Position numbers and translations under genes: made by a program
The notes under the pieces: model-generated
Told to the model about the DNA's origin: nothing
Database searches by the model: none
The model's input: the letters and a program-made list of their open reading frames with translations, nothing else
In this document: positions 57,221-64,000 of the stretch, piece by piece
Position numbering within the stretch: position 1 is the first letter of the stretch
Layout: each line of letters starts with the position of its first letter
Assembly (NCBI GenBank): GCA_964632485.1
Contig: CAZWDO010000006.1
Coordinates: 62,001 to 126,000, forward strand
Reading direction: 5' to 3'
DNA length: 64,000 nucleotides
Source: an uncultured bacterium
GTDB taxonomy: Bacteria > JAGOEH01

Positions 57221-57577
57221 ATGCCTCGTGTGAAATCATCCGTAGCCTCTCATAAACGGAAAAAGAGAATTTTTGAAGCGGTTAAAGGTCAATATGGCCG
57301 ACGGAAAAATTTGATCCGTACCGCTACTGAAGTGATGGAGCGTTCCTGGCAGTATGCCTATACAGGACGGAAACTTAAAAAGCGCGATTTCCGCCGCTTA
57401 TGGATCGTGCGTATCAATGCGGCCTGCCGGTTGAATGAAATCAGCTACAGCCGTTTTATGAACGGTCTTAAAAAATCTGAAATCTCCCTGAACCGGAAAA
57501 TGTTGTCGGAAATCGCCATCACCGATCCCCAGGCTTTCAGTAATTTGGTTCAGCATGCCAAGCAATCCATCGCCTAA
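57221..57577 (+). CDS. rplT: 50S ribosomal protein L20
   Basis: MPRVK, RK.KKRDFRRLWIVRINAA, LNRKMLSEIA. Confidence 0.98.
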   Translation: MPRVKSSVASHKRKKRIFEAVKGQYGRRKNLIRTATEVMERSWQYAYTGRKLKKRDFRRLWIVRINAACRLNEISYSRFMNGLKKSEISLNRKMLSEIAITDPQAFSNLVQHAKQSIA

Positions 57578-57580
57578 TCT

Positions 57581-58609
57581 ATGGAAGACCGGATTTTAAG
57601 CGAATTGCTGGAGATTGAGAAACGCTTCTCAAATGAAATAAAATCTTTGCTCAATGAAGATGAAGTCCAACAATTTAAAAGTCAATACTTACATAAACAG
57701 CATGGCCGGTTATCTCAAATTTTAAAACAGTTGCCTCAACTTTCATTGGAAGCCAGAAAATCGATCGGTCAACGCTCGAATCAGATCAAGCGAGAGATGG
57801 AACAAGCGATAAAAATTCGGGAAGAGGAGCTGAGCCAACTTAAGGCGCAAGCCGTCTGGAACGCTGTTGATATCACTCAGCCGGGTACTTACCTGCAAAC
57901 AGCTCCCGTACATATTATGCATCAGGTTCTGGATGACTGTATTGAGATACTGGAACGTATCGGGTTTGTCGTAGCCGATGGACCCGAAGTGGAAATTCCC
58001 TACTATAATTTTACGGCATTGAATTTCCCTGACGATCATCCAGCCATGGAGATGCATGATACTTTTTATGTTTCTGAAAAAGCCTTACTCCGAACGCACA
58101 CTTCCCCAGTCCAGATCAGGGTGATGGAAAAGCAGGCGCCGCCGGTAGCCATTATCTCACCGGGACTATGTTATCGGTGTGATACGCCCGATGCGACCCA
58201 TTCCCCCGTTTTTCACCAAGTTGAGGGTTTATATGTCGACCATCGCGTGAGTTTTTCCGATTTGAAAGGAATTCTAACTTATTTCTATCAGGCTTTTTTT
58301 TCACCGGATGTGAAATTGCGTTTTCGCCCCTCTTTTTTCCCTTTTACCGAACCCAGCGCTGAAGTCGATATCAGTTGTATTTTCTGTGGCGGTAAAGGAT
58401 GCCGAATATGTAAGCAAACCGGCTGGCTGGAAGTTGCAGGAGCTGGTATGGTTGACCCGGGTGTATTTCGTTTTGTTAATTATGACCCTGAAATCTATTC
58501 GGGATATGCGTTTGGTATGGGAGTTGAACGATTAGCAATTCTTAAGTATCAGATTCCGGATATTCGTTTGTTTATGGAAAATGACATTAATTTTTTAAAA
58601 CAGTTCTGA
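57581..58609 (+). CDS. pheS: Phenylalanine--tRNA ligase alpha subunit
   Basis: HPA..MHDTF, LRTHTSPVQ, FHQVEG, FPFTEPS, GMGVERL, with a CxxC...CxxC insert. Confidence 0.98.
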   Translation: MEDRILSELLEIEKRFSNEIKSLLNEDEVQQFKSQYLHKQHGRLSQILKQLPQLSLEARKSIGQRSNQIKREMEQAIKIREEELSQLKAQAVWNAVDITQPGTYLQTAPVHIMHQVLDDCIEILERIGFVVADGPEVEIPYYNFTALNFPDDHPAMEMHDTFYVSEKALLRTHTSPVQIRVMEKQAPPVAIISPGLCYRCDTPDATHSPVFHQVEGLYVDHRVSFSDLKGILTYFYQAFFSPDVKLRFRPSFFPFTEPSAEVDISCIFCGGKGCRICKQTGWLEVAGAGMVDPGVFRFVNYDPEIYSGYAFGMGVERLAILKYQIPDIRLFMENDINFLKQF

Positions 58610-58616
58610 GGCGGTC

Positions 58617-61019
58617 ATGCGTTTTAGTTTTCGCTGGTTAGGGGAGTTTGTTGATATTCCCTGCACTCCGCAGGAATTATCAAAGCGTTTCCCCGCTATA
58701 GGTTTCGAACTGGCAGATTTTTATTATCGGGCTCGTAAAATTGATGACGGTATCATTGTGGGAAAAGTCATTTCCCGGGAAAAACACCCTCAAGCCGATA
58801 AATTATCGCTATGTCAGGTTGATACCGGTAAAGAAAAATTGCAGATTGTGTGTGGCGCGGGAAATGTCGATGCCGGCCAATTGATTCCCCTGGCTACACT
58901 TGGTTCGCTCATTAATGGTGAATTTCAGATAAAAAAGGCCAAACTCAGAGGAATTGAATCGTTCGGTATGATTTGTTCCGCTCGGGAACTGGCGATATCG
59001 AATGAACATGAGGGCATTCTGGTATTGCCAGATGATCTGGAAATTGGAATACCGGTCAATCGCTTGCCCTATTTTGATGATTATGTTTTTGAATTGGAAA
59101 TACCAGCGAATCGGGGGGATGCCCTCTGTATTCTTGGAATCGCTCGGGAAATTGCCGCGCTGTACAATACACGGGTGAAATTGCCCTCAATGGCGGATCG
59201 TGTCTTTGAAGGGCGCATGGAGTCGGCGGTTTCCATACAAATCGAAGACGAGGAAGGATGCCCCCGCTATGTCGGCCAAGTCATCCGCCAGGTTAAAAAC
59301 GGTCCCTCTCCCTTCTGGTTGCGCGATCGGTTGGAAATTGCCGGACAACGTTCAATCAGCGCTGTCGTCGATATTACTAACCTGATTATGCTTGAATTGG
59401 GACAGCCGTTGCATGCCTTCGATTTTGATAAACTACCTGCCGGCCAGATCGGAGTTCGGAGATCGCGTTCAGGGGATTGTTTGGAGACAATTGACCATGT
59501 TCAACGCTCTTTACCGGAAGATGTGCTCCTTATCACCGACCAGGATCAACCTATCGCTATTGCCGGAATTATGGGGGGGATTGCGACTGAAATCGATAGT
59601 TCCACAACCAATATTTTTCTGGAAAGCGCTTTTTTTAATCCGCAAATTATTTATCGCGGACAAAAAAAAGCGCAACTGCGGACAGAGGCCTCCAATCGGT
59701 TTTTCCGCGGCGCTAACCCTGAAATTACCCGGATTGCCTCGAATTATGCCTGCGCATTGCTTGAACAACTCACCCATGCTCAGGTCTCATCAGCTCCTAT
59801 CGACCAGCACCCTCGCCCCTCTCAACGAGTTTCAATCGCTATTACTCAAACCAATATTCAGCGACACCTCGGTGTTGCAATATCATTTGATCAGGTTAAA
59901 TCTCTGTTTATTCCTTTAGGATTGGGTCTAATCGAAGAAAATGAAACTCGTCTGGTTTTTGAAATCCCTGGATATCGGCCGGATCTGATGCGTGAAATCG
60001 ATTTAATTGAAGAAGTCGCGCGATTAGTCGGTTTGGATAATATTCCCACCGCCACCCGATTTCAGGGTTTTTTTCAACAGCAGCCGAAAAAACGGTCCAA
60101 CCATCTATTAGCGCAACAAATTCGACGATATTTTGTAGGACGGGGATTTTATGATTTAGTTTTAATGCCACTGGAGAATAGCGCTCAAAGTGAGTTTTTC
60201 GCCCCGGCAGCAGAGGCTGTTGTTTTAATGAATCCCTTGAGCCGCGATTTAGAAATTTTACGGCAAAGTTTGTTGCCAGGCGTGCTTCGCGCCATGGCGT
60301 ATAACCTTAATCGAAACCAGCCATTCGTTAAAACGTATGCCTGGGGGAAAATATTTCATAAAAAAACCGGGGACCAAGTTCTTGCTGAAGAAACCCATCA
60401 ATTGGTGATTGCGCTGAGTGAATACAAGAACGATGCCTATTGGCAATCAGATACGCCCCAATTGGATTTTGCCTATTTGCAGGGCATTGCCCGCGATTTT
60501 TTGCAATATCTTAAATGGAACGATTTTGAAATTGTACCTTCGTCGTTGCCATTTTATACTGGACCCGTACAAGGAATTCTGCGAAATAATCAAGGTGATT
60601 TTGGCCATTTGGGCATGCTTACCTCCCAGGTTCTTGATGCCTTTTCTTTGAAGAAGAATGTTTTTACGCTGGCATTGGATGCCGAGAAGTTGATTCAGAA
60701 GTACCAGAATAGAATTTTATCCTGCGAGGCTCCTTCTAAATTCCCCCCTGTTGAGCGGGATATCTCCTTGCTAATCGATCTGTCGATCACCTACCAGATG
60801 ATTGAATCAACTATCAGAGATGTGGACGCGCCACTATTAAATCAAATTATCGTAAAAGATGTTTATCAGGGTAACTCAATCCCTCAAAATCAACGGGCTT
60901 ATACGCTCCGTCTTGTTTATCGTTCTGCGGAACGCACCCTGACGGATGATGAAATAAATGCGACAACTGAAAAAATTCGGTTGACTTTGTTGGATAAATT
61001 TCATATTATTCTTAGGTAA
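58617..61019 (+). CDS. pheT: Phenylalanine--tRNA ligase beta subunit
   Basis: HPQADKL, IVCGA.N, S.GMICS..EL, GQPLHAFD, R.DL.REIDLIEEVAR, RTLTD.E. Confidence 0.97.
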   Translation: MRFSFRWLGEFVDIPCTPQELSKRFPAIGFELADFYYRARKIDDGIIVGKVISREKHPQADKLSLCQVDTGKEKLQIVCGAGNVDAGQLIPLATLGSLINGEFQIKKAKLRGIESFGMICSARELAISNEHEGILVLPDDLEIGIPVNRLPYFDDYVFELEIPANRGDALCILGIAREIAALYNTRVKLPSMADRVFEGRMESAVSIQIEDEEGCPRYVGQVIRQVKNGPSPFWLRDRLEIAGQRSISAVVDITNLIMLELGQPLHAFDFDKLPAGQIGVRRSRSGDCLETIDHVQRSLPEDVLLITDQDQPIAIAGIMGGIATEIDSSTTNIFLESAFFNPQIIYRGQKKAQLRTEASNRFFRGANPEITRIASNYACALLEQLTHAQVSSAPIDQHPRPSQRVSIAITQTNIQRHLGVAISFDQVKSLFIPLGLGLIEENETRLVFEIPGYRPDLMREIDLIEEVARLVGLDNIPTATRFQGFFQQQPKKRSNHLLAQQIRRYFVGRGFYDLVLMPLENSAQSEFFAPAAEAVVLMNPLSRDLEILRQSLLPGVLRAMAYNLNRNQPFVKTYAWGKIFHKKTGDQVLAEETHQLVIALSEYKNDAYWQSDTPQLDFAYLQGIARDFLQYLKWNDFEIVPSSLPFYTGPVQGILRNNQGDFGHLGMLTSQVLDAFSLKKNVFTLALDAEKLIQKYQNRILSCEAPSKFPPVERDISLLIDLSITYQMIESTIRDVDAPLLNQIIVKDVYQGNSIPQNQRAYTLRLVYRSAERTLTDDEINATTEKIRLTLLDKFHIILR

Positions 61020-61036
61020 TTATTAAGGAAAAATTT

Positions 61037-61312
61037 ATGGAAGAAAACTTATTTTTAGACATGTTCGACAAGTTCGAGAAAAAATTTAATGATATGCGCC
61101 AGGAGTTGAAATCGAATAAAGAAGATTTGCAACTTGTAAAAATGGAATTGGAAGATGTCCAGAAAATGAACCAAGAGTTACAAAATACCAACAATGAACT
61201 CGTCGTGGAAAATTCTCGTTTGCGAGGCATTGAAACCCAGTTTCATGATCTGAAGCAGCGTGAACAACAGGTTCTCGAACGCGTGAAAAATATGTTGAGT
61301 GTTTTAGATTAG
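61037..61312 (+). CDS. Coiled-coil protein, ZapB-like
   Basis: 91-aa heptad-rich protein between pheT and zapA, ending ERVKNMLSVLD. Confidence 0.65.
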   Translation: MEENLFLDMFDKFEKKFNDMRQELKSNKEDLQLVKMELEDVQKMNQELQNTNNELVVENSRLRGIETQFHDLKQREQQVLERVKNMLSVLD

Positions 61313-61359
61313 CGCCTGAAATGACTATCACGAAAGTTGAGGTTCTTAGTACATAGATT

Positions 61360-61623
61360 ATGAAACGGCTGGTAAGTGTTGAGATTTATGGAAATGTTTT
61401 TAATTTGCGTACGGAAGTTGATCAGGAATACGTAAATAAATTATGTGATTATGTTACCAGTAAGATGAAAGAGATCGAAGTACGGATTCCCAATAAATCG
61501 ACCGAGAAAATTGCTTTACTTGCTGCTTTTTTCATCGCCGATGAACTTTATACATACAAGCGTGAACAAGACGAAAAGTTAGCCGGTTTTGAAGATCGAA
61601 TGAAGCAGCTATTGGAAAAATAA
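61360..61623 (+). CDS. zapA: Cell division protein ZapA
   Basis: V.VEIYG..F.L, YV..KMKEI, IALLAA..IADEL. Canonical position upstream of 6S RNA and rny. Confidence 0.9.
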   Translation: MKRLVSVEIYGNVFNLRTEVDQEYVNKLCDYVTSKMKEIEVRIPNKSTEKIALLAAFFIADELYTYKREQDEKLAGFEDRMKQLLEK

Positions 61624-61774
61624 AACCCTGCGTTGCGCGTGATAGTCGGTAATATTTGAGCCAACAAACTCAAATGAGGAACTGTTCTTGACCAAGGCTT
61701 GACCTTATCTTGAGCTATTCCTACTTGGACCCAGAGGTTCAAATCACCCATCTACACGGCGGCGCGGGGTTTTT
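61622..61774 (+). ncRNA. ssrS: 6S RNA
   Basis: Terminal pairing AAAACCCTGCGTTGC / GCGGCGCGGGGTTTT; internal TTTGAGCC pairs with GGTTCAAA; about 150 nt in the conserved zapA-6S-rny position. Confidence 0.85.
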
Positions 61775-61807
61775 TTTTACAACCTAACTACTGAAACAGG
61801 AGGAAGA

Positions 61808-63370
61808 ATGTCAACGCTGTTGATTGTGATAATAGCAATCTTTTGTTTTTTAGCAGCAGCTGCCTTTGGATATCATTTAAGCCGAAAACTGGTCGGGAGC
61901 AAAATTGAAAATGCCGAAAAAGAAGCGAAACGCCTCTTAGAAGAAGCTGAAAAAGAATCGAAATTATTAAAAAAGTCTGCTTCCATCGAAGCTAAAGAAG
62001 AATGGTATCGCATAAAAAATAAGTTTGATGAGGAATCAAAAAGTAAGCGAAATGATCTTCAGCAAATTGAGAAAAAATTGTCCCAGCGGGAAGCGAATCT
62101 CGACCGCAAAGCTGATATCATGAGTAAAAAGGAAGATGAATTCGAAAACCGTAACCGACGCAATGAAGCCAAAGAAAAAGAATTAGAGGAACGCGGGAAA
62201 AGCATTCAAAAAATTATCGATGAAGAAAATAAAAAGTTGGAGCAGTTGTCCGGGTTGACTTCCGAGGAAGCAAAAAAGCTGCTTTTGAAGAATCTGGAGA
62301 ATTCGGTACGCCACGAAGCGGCCCAACTGGCCAAGGAAATACGTGATAATGTGTTACGGAATGCTGAAAAGGAAGCGCGCGAAATCATTACTTCTTCAAT
62401 TCAACGCTGCGCCGCTGACTATACCGTTGAAACCACCGTTTCTGTTGTGTCGTTACCAAACGATGAGATGAAAGGGCGGATTATAGGGCGAGAGGGTCGT
62501 AATATCCGTTCTTTTGAAAATGCTACCGGTGTCGATGTTATTGTCGATGATACTCCGGAAGCGATTATTCTTTCCGGGTTCAATCCCATGAACCGTGAAA
62601 TTGCCCGTATCTCAATGGAACGTTTAGTCGTCGATGGTCGTATCCATCCCGGCCGGATCGAAGAGGTCGTTGAAAAAGTGCAAAAAGAAGTGGAACAGGG
62701 AATGATCGAAGAAGCAGAAAAAGTTCTTTTCGACCTGGGAATCCACGATGTTCACCCAGAGTTGATCAAATTATTGGGTAAACTTAAGTTTCGTACTTCG
62801 TATGGCCAAAATGTCTTGAAGCATTCATTCGAAGTTGCTTTATTGTGCGGTTTAATGGCAGCGGAGTTGAAACTGGACGGACATTTGGCGCGACGAGCCG
62901 GATTGCTGCATGATCTTGGTAAAGCAGTCGACCAGACAATTGAAGGTACACATACCGAAATTGGTTATGAGATTGCTAAAAAATATAATGAAAATGAAAT
63001 TGTACTCAATGCCATTATGGGACATCATGAAGATGTTGAGGCCATAAGCCCGATTACCATACTGGTTCAGGCTGCCGATGCCATTTCCGGCGCGCGTCCC
63101 GGAGCGCGTCGGGAAAGTCTGGAACATTATGTCAAACGGTTGGAGACACTGGAACGTCTTGCAGATTCTTTTGCAGGTGTTGAAAAAACGTACGCGATTC
63201 AAGCCGGACGCGAAGTTCGTGTTATTGTTGAACCTACTGAGATTGATGATATCGGTTCACATCAGTTGGCATCTCAAATTGCCAACAAGATCAAGGAAGA
63301 AGTTGAATTCCCCGGACAAATCAAAGTAACGGTAATCCGTGAAACCCGGGCGGTGGAATATGCCAAATAA
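61808..63370 (+). CDS. rny: Ribonuclease Y
   Basis: N-terminal TM helix, coiled coil, KH domain ([14 protein letters not shown]), HD domain ([10 protein letters not shown]...LLHDLGK), [14 protein letters not shown]. Confidence 0.98.
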   Translation: MSTLLIVIIAIFCFLAAAAFGYHLSRKLVGSKIENAEKEAKRLLEEAEKESKLLKKSASIEAKEEWYRIKNKFDEESKSKRNDLQQIEKKLSQREANLDRKADIMSKKEDEFENRNRRNEAKEKELEERGKSIQKIIDEENKKLEQLSGLTSEEAKKLLLKNLENSVRHEAAQLAKEIRDNVLRNAEKEAREIITSSIQRCAADYTVETTVSVVSLPNDEMKGRIIGREGRNIRSFENATGVDVIVDDTPEAIILSGFNPMNREIARISMERLVVDGRIHPGRIEEVVEKVQKEVEQGMIEEAEKVLFDLGIHDVHPELIKLLGKLKFRTSYGQNVLKHSFEVALLCGLMAAELKLDGHLARRAGLLHDLGKAVDQTIEGTHTEIGYEIAKKYNENEIVLNAIMGHHEDVEAISPITILVQAADAISGARPGARRESLEHYVKRLETLERLADSFAGVEKTYAIQAGREVRVIVEPTEIDDIGSHQLASQIANKIKEEVEFPGQIKVTVIRETRAVEYAK

Positions 63371-64000
63371 CATTACGATCCTTTTTATCGCCGATATTGT
63401 TGGCCGCGTCGGACGACGGCTGGTATCGGAAAAGGTTGAGTATCTGCGGAAAAAATTTGAAATTGATTTTATCATAGCTAATGGCGAAAATGCTGCAGGA
63501 GGCATCGGATTGACCAGTGACATTGCCTTTCAGCTTTTTCAAAATGGTGTGGATGTCATAACATCAGGAAATCATATTTGGGAGAAAAAAGAAATATATC
63601 CTTCTCTCGACCGTGAAAAGAGAATTTTACGTCCGCTGAATTACCCCGAACAGACGATTGGGCACGGATTTTGCGTTATGGAACGTGAAGGCGCCTCAAT
63701 TGCTGTCGTTAATTTGGAAGGCCGGCATTTCATGCGGCCCGTTGACTGTCCTTTCCAGGCGCTTAATCGGCTTATTTCATCATTAAAAAAGCAAACCAAC
63801 TGCGTAATTGTTGATTTTCATGCTGAATCAACCGCCGAAAAACAAGCCCTGGCGAATTATTTTGACGGCCGCGTTTCTGCTGTGCTGGGTACCCACACTC
63901 ATGTGCAAACCGCCGATGAACAGATACTTCCCGGAGGTACTGCATATATTACCGATGTCGGGATGACCGGCGCTTATCGTTCAATCATCGGATTCGATAT
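63360..64000 (+). CDS. ymdB: TIGR00282 / YmdB metallophosphoesterase (3' truncated by the window)
   Basis: Manual translation from ATG 63360: [18 protein letters not shown]...[10 protein letters not shown]...TSGNH..RPLNYP...[10 protein letters not shown]...[10 protein letters not shown]...TDVGMTG. Confidence 0.95.
   Translation, partial: MPNNITILFIADIVGRVGRRLVSEKVEYLRKKFEIDFIIANGENAAGGIGLTSDIAFQLFQNGVDVITSGNHIWEKKEIYPSLDREKRILRPLNYPEQTIGHGFCVMEREGASIAVVNLEGRHFMRPVDCPFQALNRLISSLKKQTNCVIVDFHAESTAEKQALANYFDGRVSAVLGTHTHVQTADEQILPGGTAYITDVGMTGAYRSIIGFD

Noticed and set aside
1-64000. Mobile elements, prophage, defence systems, tRNA/rRNA
   Set aside because: I recognised no transposase, integrase, phage, nuclease-defence or structural RNA signatures by eye. 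Remaining short ORFs in the track overlap confident genes and were treated as spurious.

Overview
This is a 64-kb chromosomal window from a diderm (LPS-making) bacterium. NxPNPFN-type C-terminal sorting domains, lipid A genes and the gene order suggest an FCB-superphylum lineage; this placement is inference only. The assembly is a draft or MAG with one 10-N gap. From left to right it holds: the riboflavin operon (ribD, riboflavin synthase alpha, ribBA); an orphan beta-propeller/Y_Y_Y histidine kinase followed by two lipoproteins; an M50B peptidase; two large secreted proteins with C-terminal sorting domains; a PAS kinase; an esterase, putative OMP and sodium:solute symporter; an M64 peptidase; an EFR1 ferredoxin; an HD protein; a small protein behind a sigma28-like promoter plus yigZ; an EF-G paralogue and yebC; a hydrolase-tcdA-lpxB-DUF374-waaA run; and trkAH. 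A ~14-kb minus-strand gene run follows (SH3 lipoprotein, LTA-synthase-like, rsgA, LysW-like protein with a Tyr/acidic tail, B12 radical SAM, DUF3108, GnnA-like oxidoreductase, TonB-dependent receptor, ABC-type binding protein, HAMP kinase, REC-PP2C). The window ends with the core thrS-infC-rpmI-rplT-pheST-zapB-like-zapA-6S RNA-rny-ymdB cluster. I saw no CRISPR array, tRNA, rRNA or mobile element. The two best candidates for an undescribed system are (1) the TonB receptor/binding protein/kinase/PP2C trans-envelope signalling cassette and (2) the LysW-fold protein with a repetitive Tyr/Asp/Glu tail abutting a B12-dependent radical SAM gene. All family assignments come from motif recognition by eye, not from database searches.
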